64,000 bases of DNA from an uncultured Candidatus Saccharibacteria bacterium (GCA_964488565.1 CAZAUE010000001.1:42687-106686), one strand, 5' to 3'; counted from the first letter of the stretch, positions 20,358-29,518 are shown. Notes: generated by a model from the letters alone, not told the origin. Program-made: numbers and translations.

Positions 20358-20440
20358 TGTATTTTTTTATTAAAATATAATAAACACGTGAAGATAGTTT
20401 CACGTGTTTATTATAACTCTTTATCTAATTATGAGCGATA

Positions 20441-20917
20441 CTATTTCCAGAACCTTCTAACTTTTGAATCCAATCCCCAGAAAGTGCCCGCATTTGAAGC
20501 AATGAGAGTAAGGAAAACTGTTATAAATATTATGTGCTCATCTACCAACCATGAATTGGCTCCCACATAAGGAAACTGCATGATGGGGAAATAATATAAA
20601 GCCATAAGAAGTATACCTCCCAAAGACGCCCATCTTACCAATAAACCAGTAATAAGTGCCAAACCAACAAGAGTAAGTCCCCATTCGTTCATAAAATTAA
20701 CCCAGCCAATATTATTTGCACTCGCAAACCACTGGAAAAGATCCGGAAATGTCTTTGCGTTATTTAAATATCCCGCAGCAGACCAGTTCGGATTCATGAC
20801 CTTTGTTATTCCGGCATAAAAAAACATTATGCCCAAACCGACCCTAGACAAGAACACCGCCATCTTGAGTTGATTATTCATCTCGTTTGAAGTGCTACTG
20901 ACTATCCACGGTATCAA
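20441..20917 (-). CDS. DoxX-family membrane protein
   Basis: 4 TM helices with LSRVGLGIMFFYAGITK characteristic of DoxX. Confidence 0.55.
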   Translation of the reverse strand: MIPWIVSSTSNEMNNQLKMAVFLSRVGLGIMFFYAGITKVMNPNWSAAGYLNNAKTFPDLFQWFASANNIGWVNFMNEWGLTLVGLALITGLLVRWASLGGILLMALYYFPIMQFPYVGANSWLVDEHIIFITVFLTLIASNAGTFWGLDSKVRRFWK

Positions 20918-21011
20918 AACAGTGGCAGGCGTTAGTCACTTTATTAATACCCCAATTTTAACACAAAAAAACAGGCAAAAAATGTGCCTGTGGACAAATT
21001 GAAAGTAAAAA

Positions 21012-21045
21012 AAGAGGAGGCGCCATAGCGCCTCCTTGATGGTTC
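21012..21045 (-). terminator. Intrinsic terminator of GC-rich cassette A
   Basis: Perfect 8-bp stem GGAGGCGC-CAUA-GCGCCUCC, followed on the minus strand by CUCUUUUUUUAC. Confidence 0.6.
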
Positions 21046-21056
21046 GGGGTCGGTTC

Positions 21057-21605
21057 TTAGAAATTGAACCTGACTCCGGCGACCCCGCGACCATCGCCGA
21101 TGGCATAGGTTCCCCAGAGGGCAACCTTACCAACCGACACTTGGACGTAGGGACCGGTTCCGATGAACCGCTGGCTGTTCACGCCGACGGCGACGGTCTT
21201 GGTCATCTGGAACGTTCCCAGATAGCGATACCAATAACCGCTTCCGCCGTGTTCGTGGAGGGAAAGGAGCGACCATCGCCCCGAGCCGAGCCACACGCTA
21301 CCGCCACCACGAAGCGGGTTGTCGGCAGTCTCCAGTCCAAGACTAGCAGACACCTCCACCCACTCGGCGGGAGCGTACGTGAGGCCGGCGTAGCCCTCAC
21401 TCCACTCCTCAGATGTCAGCGTCCAAGCCGACCATCCAAGTTTGCCCTTGAGTGGGCCGTGGACGTAGACGTTGAGCTGAGGCGTAACACCTTCCTCGCT
21501 CACCGTGTTGAACGACTCAACGTACCCAGAGGCCTGCTGAGCCTGAGCAGTCACGACCGTGAGGGTCATGATGATCGTCACGAGAACGAGTTTTGTCAGC
21601 TTCAC
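21057..21605 (-). CDS. GC-rich (~60%+) ORF encoding a signal-peptide-bearing outer-membrane beta-barrel-like protein (GTG start). Foreign or anomalous cassette A.
   Basis: Signal peptide MKLTKLVLVTIIMTLTVVTAQA. Alternating aromatic/Gly beta-strand pattern and a C-terminal ...GVRFNF ending in Phe, as in Gram-negative OMPs. A SD sequence AAGGAGAGAG lies 6 nt upstream, with its own promoter and terminator. Confidence 0.55.
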   Translation of the reverse strand: MKLTKLVLVTIIMTLTVVTAQAQQASGYVESFNTVSEEGVTPQLNVYVHGPLKGKLGWSAWTLTSEEWSEGYAGLTYAPAEWVEVSASLGLETADNPLRGGGSVWLGSGRWSLLSLHEHGGSGYWYRYLGTFQMTKTVAVGVNSQRFIGTGPYVQVSVGKVALWGTYAIGDGRGVAGVRFNF

Positions 21606-21663
21606 TGTCTCTCTCCTTGCCCCTGAATGGGGCGGTTTTCAAACATCTAACCTTAATACCTAT

Positions 21664-21692
21664 ATTATAACAGATTTTAGTGAAAATTGCAA
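21664..21692 (-). promoter_or_regulatory. Sigma70-like promoter for cassette A (TTGCAA-N17-TATAAT)
   Basis: On the minus strand: TTGCAAttttcactaaaatctgtTATAAT, ~55 nt upstream of the GTG start. Confidence 0.45.
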
Positions 21693-21824
21693 GTGGCTAA
21701 ATTACTCAGTTTTTAGAGATTTTAGACAAATATTTTTGTAATTCTTATGTAGCAAAAACTGCTTTTGTGATTATTCATATTCAAACCAAAACTGGAGTAA
21801 TTTTTTTGATATTAAAAAAATTAG

Positions 21825-22595
21825 TTACCACTCCCTTCTCTTTTCTTCTATATCGCTCGGCAAATAACTTTTAGTAGCATCCTTACCCACTTCTCGTCTC
21901 ATGATATAAAGTCTTCGGTTATCATTATCAAAAAACACGTCATCCTGACCACCTTTTCCCATTTCAGTTTTTGGACCGGTCATGACGACTGGCTCAAAGC
22001 CCAAAACATTTTTCACTTCTTTTGATAACAATTCAATCGATTGGATATAATTCTCCTGAAATTTTGTTTTATTTTCAAAATAATTCCCACCAACTATGAC
22101 CGCATCAATCGTCCCACCTTCACACCTTTTCTTTAATTCTTCCAACTGTGTTCTCAGGTCATCGGTAAGCTTGTTTTTAAACTTTCTAAAATTTAAAAAA
22201 TACTCTGGGTCTTGATGAGTTAAAAACGATATGTTTTTACCTGTTTCTTTATCTGTGCCTGTCACTATCAATCCTGTGCAATTTTTAAATGATTTAGAAA
22301 ATTTGCTTAAATCATCAATCGAAGACATGACGTATGAGTAAGCGCCAGCATTTTTAATTTTTTGCTTGTTTAATTCCTCTGGATCTCCATACCAATCAAT
22401 GTTTCTATTAGAGTTTTCTTCCGAAGATGAGTCCAAAAGAACTTCTTCTGGTTCTATTCCATTAAGCTCATCTCTAAACTGTTCAGGTGTTCCTATACAA
22501 GCTATTATTGGTCTCACACCTTCCCTGAGATGCTCAGATTTGAGAGGATTCTTCTGTTCTTCTTTTTTTGGTGTAAATCTTTCAAAAAATTTCAT
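21825..22595 (-). CDS. Hypothetical protein (256 aa)
   Basis: A clean ORF with no motif I can assign. Confidence 0.4.
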   Translation of the reverse strand: MKFFERFTPKKEEQKNPLKSEHLREGVRPIIACIGTPEQFRDELNGIEPEEVLLDSSSEENSNRNIDWYGDPEELNKQKIKNAGAYSYVMSSIDDLSKFSKSFKNCTGLIVTGTDKETGKNISFLTHQDPEYFLNFRKFKNKLTDDLRTQLEELKKRCEGGTIDAVIVGGNYFENKTKFQENYIQSIELLSKEVKNVLGFEPVVMTGPKTEMGKGGQDDVFFDNDNRRLYIMRREVGKDATKSYLPSDIEEKRREW

Positions 22596-22629
22596 GGATA
22601 ATATTTGTTAAAATGGTTTAAATTATTAT

Positions 22630-22659
22630 TTACTAACGAAAGAAAATTGGAACCTCAAA
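22630..22659. repeat. 30-bp direct repeat, copy 1 (partner at 25920..25949). A remnant copy of the 3' end of the Gmad2-like gene.
   Basis: ttactaacgaaagaaaattggaacctcaaa versus ttactaccgaaagaaaattggaacctcaaa (29/30 identical). The minus-strand reading ...EVPIFFR* equals the C-terminus of ORF 25923..26342. Confidence 0.6.
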
Positions 22660-22727
22660 CTGACTTAAAGCCTAACATTTTTACTTCTAAAAACATATCA
22701 TTCAATTTCAAATCCAAGAAAGTTCCT

Positions 22728-25340
22728 CTAGCTTATCCTTTTCATTAATCTTTTACGAATAAAAATCCATTTCCCAAATTCAACTGCTAAAATATTTATT
22801 AGGCCTATCAAGGCAACTCCTAAAAGCCAGTAGAAAGGCAACGAGGTTGTTTTTAACAAAGACTGCATAAATGGAACATAAATGGCTATGGCCATAAGAA
22901 AAATTCCAATTCCAACACCTGCAACTAAATAATCGTTTGAAAAAACCGGATATTTGAAGATGCTTTTTTCTAAACTTCTTAAGGAAAATGCCAAAAATAA
23001 AGTATAACTTCCAAAACTGGCAAAAATAAATGTTCTCACAAGATCCTCCGCAAAACCTGCCTGTAGCAAGAACCAGTACAACACGAACAGGAGGGCGCTC
23101 GTGGAAAGGCCAATGAATAAAATTAAGAATCTCATCACAGGATCAAAAAGGCCCACTTTTGTACTCTGGGGACGGAAAGCTAAACCGTCAATATTCTTTT
23201 CAAAAGCGAATGCGACAGCCGGAAAACTATCAGAGAAAAAATTAACATATAAAATCTGAAGCGCGTTCAGTGGAAGAGCTAAGCCAACCAACAAAGCCCC
23301 GCCAATTAAAAAAAGCTCGTCAGCAGTATTAGAAAGAAGGTACACTAGAACTTTACGGATATTATGCATAATTTGCCGACCTTCTTCCACTGCCACAGCA
23401 ATGGTTTCAAAATTATCATCCAACAATACAAGGTCTGCGACATCTCGGGCCACTTCTGTCCCCGAGCCCATGGCAATACCAATATCTGCCTGCTTGATAC
23501 TCGGTGCGTCATTTACACCGTCGCCAGTCATTGCCACAACTTCTCCAGTCTCTTGAAATGCTTTTACCATTCTCATCTTATCAAGCGGGGATACACGGGA
23601 AATAACTCCTAAGTATGGCAAACGTTTTTTGAGATCCACATCCGAAAGAAGTTTAAGTTCTGAAGAATCAAGAATGCTTTCTTTATCAATTTCAAGGCCG
23701 ACTTCTTTGGCTACAGCTTCAGCGGTACCGCGATGATCACCGGTCATTACAATTATTCTTATCCCCGATTCTTGCACTTTACGAACTGCCTCCTTAACTT
23801 TTGGCCTGATCGGATCGTGCATGGTAATTAATCCTTGAAATACAAGATTCGTTAATTCTAAGTCCTTTGAGAAAGTAAAATCTTCTTTTTTTTCAATTTC
23901 TTTTATCGCCACACCAACAACAAGTTCACCGGATTCAGCAAGAGAGCCAATTTCTTTTAAAGCAAAATCTCGATCAGTAGGGCTTAGTGTCGAATGTTCA
24001 ATAAAAATATCCGGTGCGCCGAAGAATAAAAGAAAATGTTTTTCCCCGTCATGTATCAATGAAGAGGAAAATTTATTCGCCGCATTAAACGGAAGTGAGT
24101 TTAAGATTGAGGTTCTTTTTTTAACATCTTCCACAAATATGTCTCGTAGAGCAGCCGACCTCACTAACGCCATCTCCAATATTCGTCCGCTGATCCGCCA
24201 CTCTTTTGGCGAATCGGTGGGATTCTCTATCAAAACATTGGTATTGACCAGGGCTAGTTCAAGCAGTCTTTTTTCTTCCACACCTTCAACCGGAATCACC
24301 TTGCTTAATTCCATTTTTGCCATTGTTAATGTTCCTGTTTTGTCGGTGAGAATTACACTGGTATCCCCCAGTGTTTCAGCCGCAATTAATTTTCTAATAA
24401 CGCCTTTGCGCCGTGCCATACGCTGAACTCCTATTGCCAAAATAACCGTCATGGCTATTGGCAAACCTTCTGGAACGGCCGAAACGGCTATTGCCACAGA
24501 TGTTAGAAACATGTCTACGCGTGAATATCCCAAAGCAAGTCCTGTGACAAAGATAATAAGCGTAAGGATGCACAAAAAAATTCCCGCTTTTACACTAAAG
24601 CGTCTTATTGCATCTTGCAACGGAGTTTCTTCCCTCTGTGAGTCCGCAACTAAAGACGCAATTTTCCCCAGTTCTGTCGAAAAACCAGTGCGACATATCA
24701 CCGCGGTACCAATGCCTTGTGCGACAAGAGTTCCAGCAAAAACCATCGGGCACTGATCGCCAACGGACACATCTTCATTCACAAGGTCAATTGATTTTGA
24801 TGTCGGCAGAGATTCTCCTGTAAGAATTGCTTCATCAATCTGCAAATCGTTAACAAATATGAGTCGCCCATCAGCGGGAATGCGGTCTCCTTGGGCGAGA
24901 TGAATAATATCTCCTGGTACCAACTCTGTGGCATCTATTTCGCGTTCGATATCGCTACGAATAACCCTAGCCCTCTGCTTAAGATAAGTTTTAAGTTCGG
25001 CTAAAGCTTTCACAGCTTTATACTCCTGATAAAAACCCAACACAGCATTGGCAATTATAGCTGCAAAAATAAAAAGCGCATCGCGATAATGAGCAATAAA
25101 TAAAGTGACGATCCCAGCAAACAACAGAATCAAAATCAGCGGACTCTTGAATTGGTTTAATAAAATAAAAAAACCTGGAGCTCGCTGGGTCTTTTCAATG
25201 ATATTGGGCCCAAAAACTTTTATTCTTCTTTCTGCCTCACTTTCTGCAAGACCACTACGATCATTAGTTTCTAACACCTCAACAACTTTTGAAGGTGACA
25301 GAGACCAAAATGGTTGTACCTCTATGGTTTTCTGAATCAT
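22728..25340 (-). CDS. P-type cation-transporting ATPase, type IIA/IIB (Ca2+/Mg2+-type)
   Basis: 870 aa with 10-TM topology. DKTGTLT, TGDHRGTAEAVAKEVG, and [20 protein letters not shown]. Confidence 0.88.
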   Translation of the reverse strand: MIQKTIEVQPFWSLSPSKVVEVLETNDRSGLAESEAERRIKVFGPNIIEKTQRAPGFFILLNQFKSPLILILLFAGIVTLFIAHYRDALFIFAAIIANAVLGFYQEYKAVKALAELKTYLKQRARVIRSDIEREIDATELVPGDIIHLAQGDRIPADGRLIFVNDLQIDEAILTGESLPTSKSIDLVNEDVSVGDQCPMVFAGTLVAQGIGTAVICRTGFSTELGKIASLVADSQREETPLQDAIRRFSVKAGIFLCILTLIIFVTGLALGYSRVDMFLTSVAIAVSAVPEGLPIAMTVILAIGVQRMARRKGVIRKLIAAETLGDTSVILTDKTGTLTMAKMELSKVIPVEGVEEKRLLELALVNTNVLIENPTDSPKEWRISGRILEMALVRSAALRDIFVEDVKKRTSILNSLPFNAANKFSSSLIHDGEKHFLLFFGAPDIFIEHSTLSPTDRDFALKEIGSLAESGELVVGVAIKEIEKKEDFTFSKDLELTNLVFQGLITMHDPIRPKVKEAVRKVQESGIRIIVMTGDHRGTAEAVAKEVGLEIDKESILDSSELKLLSDVDLKKRLPYLGVISRVSPLDKMRMVKAFQETGEVVAMTGDGVNDAPSIKQADIGIAMGSGTEVARDVADLVLLDDNFETIAVAVEEGRQIMHNIRKVLVYLLSNTADELFLIGGALLVGLALPLNALQILYVNFFSDSFPAVAFAFEKNIDGLAFRPQSTKVGLFDPVMRFLILFIGLSTSALLFVLYWFLLQAGFAEDLVRTFIFASFGSYTLFLAFSLRSLEKSIFKYPVFSNDYLVAGVGIGIFLMAIAIYVPFMQSLLKTTSLPFYWLLGVALIGLINILAVEFGKWIFIRKRLMKRIS

Positions 25341-25888
25341 AAGGATTTAGCAATTAAACCGATTATCAATATTCCTGCAGAATTTAAAACAAATGACAGT
25401 AAAATAAAATATGAATTTTTCACCTTTGATAAGCCGAGCATTGTTACCCCAATTTCATCTGGCAATGGCGAGGCTATTATCAAAGCTCCAACAAGAGGAA
25501 TAATCCACCTAAAAAGATTTAATTTAAAAATTGAGAATAATCTTTCTGATTTTGATATCTTAATCAAGTAGTAAAAATGTTCGAAAACCCTATCTTTTAC
25601 AAAACGAAAAATTATCAAATCTCCAATCAAGGCGCCAAAACCGCCCAATATGGCCATCGTGATAACAGAATTTGATTGGGCTATTTCTCCAAGAGCCACT
25701 GTTGCCGGAGCAGCAGTAAAAACAGAAACAAATAAAATACCGGCAATAAAACTGCCAATGAATCTCATTTCCTGAGTTGATGTAATCAAATCTTGAAGAG
25801 CTCCGGTTTTGGCGAGAATAATGGCTATGAAAACGCTGAATGTGACGAGTGCCAAGTCTCTAACTAAGTTGTTTGCATAGTTATTCAT
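25337..25888 (-). CDS. Hypothetical polytopic membrane protein (183 aa)
   Basis: 5-6 TM helices; overlaps the ATPase start by 4 nt (operon). Confidence 0.4.
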   Translation of the reverse strand: MNNYANNLVRDLALVTFSVFIAIILAKTGALQDLITSTQEMRFIGSFIAGILFVSVFTAAPATVALGEIAQSNSVITMAILGGFGALIGDLIIFRFVKDRVFEHFYYLIKISKSERLFSIFKLNLFRWIIPLVGALIIASPLPDEIGVTMLGLSKVKNSYFILLSFVLNSAGILIIGLIAKSL

Positions 25889-25919
25889 ATTGAAACCAAA
25901 TATAGTTTAATGTTTTTAG

Positions 25920-25949
25920 TTACTACCGAAAGAAAATTGGAACCTCAAA
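25920..25949. repeat. 30-bp direct repeat, copy 2 (3' end of the Gmad2-like gene)
   Basis: See copy 1. The two copies are 3290 bp apart. Confidence 0.6.
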
Positions 25950-26342
25950 GGCGTCGTCATGTTCAGGTAATCCTGAGGGGTTATCTTTTTTTAAAATAAT
26001 CCAACCGTTGTTTTTGACCACCGATTTTGTAAATGAGATTTCAGCTCGGAAAGGCACGTAGTCTGTAGTCATCCATTCACCTTCGGCTTGAGCGATACCT
26101 TGTCCAATAATTAAACCGTCCCAATCTACAACAAATACTGGAAATGATGCTTCAAAAAACCAATTTCCCCGTGCCTTGCCCTCAATCACGACAGGGGAAG
26201 AAATGTATTCACCAGCTGTCGGACTAGTTAACATAACAAGGTCTTTGTATTGGCTCGGCTCACCTTTCTGATAATTTTGCCAAAACCAAAAGCATTCGCC
26301 TGAAATAATTAGTACCAAAAGAATAATAAGTAGTTTTTTCAT
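25923..26342 (-). CDS. Secreted Gmad2-like immunoglobulin-like domain protein
   Basis: Signal/anchor MKKLLIILLVLIISG, then a beta-rich domain (SSPVVIEGKARGNWFFEASFPVFVVDWDG) resembling Gmad2. Confidence 0.4.
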   Translation of the reverse strand: MKKLLIILLVLIISGECFWFWQNYQKGEPSQYKDLVMLTSPTAGEYISSPVVIEGKARGNWFFEASFPVFVVDWDGLIIGQGIAQAEGEWMTTDYVPFRAEISFTKSVVKNNGWIILKKDNPSGLPEHDDAFEVPIFFR

Positions 26343-26426
26343 ATTGTTTGAAACTTACCATAACAATAACACGACTCTAAAAAACGATGAAGCCCACGAA
26401 GACCTCTTGGGTTCATCGTGGGCAGT

Positions 26427-26627
26427 CTATAAACGGAAAGGCTTTTCCTTGAGAAAACCAATTTGTTCTCGAAGCCGTTTAGCTCTTTCTCTCATCGGTC
26501 TCACCTGGTGAGTTGACCAACCACCCGACAGGCTTTCGTCAGCCCATCGTTCCATCTGAATCACATCTTCCTCCAGCAATCTGATCGCTTCGCGCGTCCT
26601 CATCGCTTCCCGTTCTTTTTCTGTCAT
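26427..26627 (-). CDS. Small charged hypothetical protein (66 aa)
   Basis: An ORF in its own slot, helical and charged. Confidence 0.3.
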   Translation of the reverse strand: MTEKEREAMRTREAIRLLEEDVIQMERWADESLSGGWSTHQVRPMRERAKRLREQIGFLKEKPFRL

Positions 26628-26740
26628 TGCAGACTCCTTGTCCTGATAGTATTTCCAATATAATACGCTATTTTATATTTTTGACAAGTGATGGACATTG
26701 GTGTCTGGTACTGGATACGGTGATAAGTGGTTTTTTATAT

Positions 26741-27301
26741 TTACTTTTTAAAACATTTATTCATGTGATCATTAACCATGCCGACCGCCTGCATGTGAGC
26801 ATAAAGAGTGATTGGTCCGAGAAATTTAAAACCGCGTTTCTTTAAATCTTTAGCCCAAATTTCGGCTTCACGACTGACCGGTTTATAATCTCTGACCTTT
26901 ATTATTTTATTAACTATGGGCTTGTTGCCGACAAATTGCCACATATATTTGGAAAATGTGCCGAACTCTTTTTTTACTTCCAAAAACTTTTTGGCATTAT
27001 TTATTGCCGCTTCTATCTTTGCCCCGTTTCTGACGATACCCTTATCTTTCAAAAGCCGATTCAAATCTTTTTTAGAAAATTTTGAAACTTTCATCGGCTC
27101 AAAATTGGCAAAAGCTTTTTCAAAATTAACTCTTTTATTCAAAATTGTCCGCCAACTTAATCCTGCCTGAAAACTTTCAAGCGTCAAAAATTCAAATATT
27201 TTTCTGTCGTTGTGCAAAGGAACTCCCCACTCTTGGTCATGATAATCCTCCATGAGTTTATCACCCTCTTTAACCCATGCACATCGTTTAAGATGTTTCA
27301 T
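26741..27301 (-). CDS. tag: DNA-3-methyladenine glycosylase I (Tag)
   Basis: RCAWV...DYHDQEWGVPLHNDRKIFEFLTLESFQAGLSWRTIL matches the Tag signature. The start is trimmed to MKHLKRC. Confidence 0.85.
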   Translation of the reverse strand: MKHLKRCAWVKEGDKLMEDYHDQEWGVPLHNDRKIFEFLTLESFQAGLSWRTILNKRVNFEKAFANFEPMKVSKFSKKDLNRLLKDKGIVRNGAKIEAAINNAKKFLEVKKEFGTFSKYMWQFVGNKPIVNKIIKVRDYKPVSREAEIWAKDLKKRGFKFLGPITLYAHMQAVGMVNDHMNKCFKK

Positions 27302-27623
27302 AAATTTTAGCGATGAGTGCATCCAGCCCAACAACAAGGCCGACGCATTCCCCCTTTAAGCTTTGAGATTGCCTTCTTAAGGCGGATATTCCTCGTCTCC
27401 GCTTTTTTGCCGGATGTAACCCAGCAAACCCATTCATTCCGTGCGAGTGGAGTAATATCCTCCCAGACCGTTCGTACTGCTGGCGTTGAGTTAACAACTT
27501 TTTTTAAGTCTCCTGGAACTTTATGCATTGTAGAGTCATTATTAATATTTTTATTTTATTGCTACCCAGCAAGGTGTTTTTAGCTATCCTGAATTTTACC
27601 ACAACGACAGGTCTCGAGCAGGT

Positions 27624-28511
27624 TTAAATTTTTACTTTTCTAATTGCAGAGTTCCAAAATATCGACTGCAATGATTTTAAAACTTCCTTTAAGTTTATTG
27701 GGCTAAAAAGTATCGGTAAGAAAGTGTTGGCTAATCCCAAAGAAACAATTCCATACATAAATGTCAAAAAATCTACCTTAAATATTGTCATCAACCATAT
27801 TGGCCCATAATTATAGTGATAAAGAACAGAATATCCAAAAAGATGCAAAAAAGCGTAAGTGCCTGCAATCCATGGTTTTACTTTATACCCCCACAAATCA
27901 ATGAGTTCGCTTTGCTTAACCTCAATAGACTGATACCGATAAGAATGTGGGTCTGATAAGCGGTCAAAAATTTTAATTTTTTCTCCAGAAACTAAATACT
28001 GGAGAGCTGCTACTATCTGAAAAATAAACTTCCAAAATCCAGCTTGAATTGTATGAAACCATAAAAGTTTAAACCTTATCCAAAACCCTCTAATAGGTTT
28101 CGTTGTTTTTACATGCCAATCATATACTATTTCTAATAACCTTCTACCATCAATTTCTTTGTCTTTATGGTAAAGTTTATTGTTTTCAATATTGTAAAAA
28201 AAATCTCCTTCTGAAATAAGGTCTATGGGCCAGTTCGATTTTCTTTTATATTCGTTGGGCGAAAGAACTATTCCATCTCCATCAGGCGCCTCTTTACCGT
28301 AACTTGCGGTTGCAATAACCGATTTTAATGAGTTTTGATTATTAAACTCTTCATTTTTAATATATACACGAAAAAGAGATTTAAACTCAGCTGCGTCGCT
28401 AGTTCTGTATACACTAAAGCCGACTGCCACATCAATCAAGTCAATAGGTCCTAAGAATCTTCCCCACGGTAGACTAAAGAGTGATTTAAATTTTTCTTTC
28501 ATAACCATGAC
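27624..28511 (-). CDS. Hypothetical protein with C-terminal TM helices (start taken at MVMKEKF)
   Basis: The upstream 27 codons of the track ORF overlap tRNA-derived repeats, so the start was moved to an internal Met. No assignable motif. Confidence 0.4.
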   Translation of the reverse strand, partial: VMVMKEKFKSLFSLPWGRFLGPIDLIDVAVGFSVYRTSDAAEFKSLFRVYIKNEEFNNQNSLKSVIATASYGKEAPDGDGIVLSPNEYKRKSNWPIDLISEGDFFYNIENNKLYHKDKEIDGRRLLEIVYDWHVKTTKPIRGFWIRFKLLWFHTIQAGFWKFIFQIVAALQYLVSGEKIKIFDRLSDPHSYRYQSIEVKQSELIDLWGYKVKPWIAGTYAFLHLFGYSVLYHYNYGPIWLMTIFKVDFLTFMYGIVSLGLANTFLPILFSPINLKEVLKSLQSIFWNSAIRKVKI

Positions 28512-28593
28512 TAGCAACTTAAATTTATTGACGTTCCTTAGGTGCGTAGAACTATGCTCAAATGGTACCCGCCACCTACTGGCACTGGGCACT

Positions 28594-28626
28594 ACACTCG
28601 TTTCACTTGTGCTGCGGGACTTGGGA
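28594..28626. repeat. Decayed copy of the tRNA-Gln 3' end plus 18 nt of its 3' flank (copy A)
   Basis: cactcgtttcacttgtgctgcgggacttggga versus the genuine 3' end cactcgtttcactcgtgctgcgggacttggatt at 28793-28825. A third partial copy (gagctgcgggacttggaatc) lies at ~28642-28660. Confidence 0.6.
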
Positions 28627-28808
28627 TCAATTTCGGTTTGAGCTGCGGGACTTGGAATCTCACGTCGTGAGTAAAATGACTCGCAAGGCCTAGCATTTTA
28701 CTCACTCCTTGAAACCCCTCGGTTTCAATACTTCCGCCACGGGAGACCCATAGTTCTCCCGACCCCTCTCCATTCGAATCCAAGCCCCTTGCACTCGTTT
28801 CACTCGTG

Positions 28809-28880
28809 CTGCGGGACTTGGATTCGAACCAAGATACTGGGCTTCAAAGGCCCATGTCCTACCATTAGACGATCCCGCAA
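28809..28880 (-). tRNA. tRNA-Gln (anticodon UUG)
   Basis: Manual fold: acceptor UGCGGGA/UCCCGCA with U1-A72 and discriminator G73 (as in bacterial tRNA-Gln); D-arm GUCU/AAUGGUA/GGAC; anticodon stem UGGGC/GCCCA with loop CUUUGAA; T-arm CUUGG-UUCGAAU-CCAAG. CCA is not encoded. Confidence 0.8.
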
Positions 28881-28948
28881 ATATTAGTTATGATAAACCA
28901 AAATTAAGACTTTTTCAATAATAATCAGGACTTTTAGGAACCCGCCAC

Positions 28949-29518
28949 ATGAAACACAATAGTCTACTTGAACAATTAAATTTTCTAAAAATCGCACTAT
29001 TGGATTATAAAATAGGCGCTCTTTCCAGAAGCTCAAAATATGTAGTGAATGCTGTGGTGCGTGACTTTGATAATCAATCCCTACAAAAAGTTGTTGAGTT
29101 TGGACCCGGTGATGGTGTTATGACCAAAGAATTGTTGCATCGAATGCCTTCGCATGGACAACTAATTATCATCGAATCAAGTCCCCGATTCATAGAAGTT
29201 TTGAAAAAAATAGAAGATCCACGACTGAAAATTATTGAGGGAACAATTCAAGACGCATTAAAAGAACTAGAAAAAAACCAATTATCAAACATTGACCTTG
29301 TGGTATCAAGTATCCCCTTTTCAATGCTTAAACCAGACGAACGAGATAAAGTCGTTCATGACACGTTCAACATACTCCACAACAACGGCGAATTTGTTAT
29401 TTTTCATCAATATTCCAGACTAATGCTCACTCCGCTTAAAAAATATTTCAATAATGTGACCTCGCATTTTGAACCTCGCAATTTTTTGCCGTGTTTTATT
29501 ATGTACGCTAAAAAATAG
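28949..29518 (+). CDS. Class I SAM-dependent methyltransferase (rRNA adenine dimethylase/Erm-KsgA-like, short form)
   Basis: VEFGPGDGVMT glycine-rich SAM motif, ESSPRF, and SSIPFSM (NxPY-like region). Confidence 0.55.
   Translation: MKHNSLLEQLNFLKIALLDYKIGALSRSSKYVVNAVVRDFDNQSLQKVVEFGPGDGVMTKELLHRMPSHGQLIIIESSPRFIEVLKKIEDPRLKIIEGTIQDALKELEKNQLSNIDLVVSSIPFSMLKPDERDKVVHDTFNILHNNGEFVIFHQYSRLMLTPLKKYFNNVTSHFEPRNFLPCFIMYAKK

Noticed and set aside
21036-21626. 196-aa plus-strand ORF overlapping cassette A
   Set aside because: The ORF is composition-driven and Arg/Gly/Pro-rich, with no start context. The minus-strand frame has a signal peptide, beta-barrel pattern, SD, promoter and terminator.
27288-27583. 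Overlapping ORFs between tag and the 295-aa hypothetical gene (27288..27497, 27307..27528, 27317..27583)
   Set aside because: They are mutually overlapping on both strands in a slightly GC-richer spacer, with no coherent start or motif. The track's 5' extension of tag (MLLGWMHSSLKF) was trimmed to the conserved MKHLKRCAWV start.
28592-28783. 63-aa ORF on the minus strand between the tRNA-Gln repeats
   Set aside because: It lies entirely within tRNA-derived repeats and the structured spacer, has no SD, and its Gly/Ser-rich translation is not protein-like.
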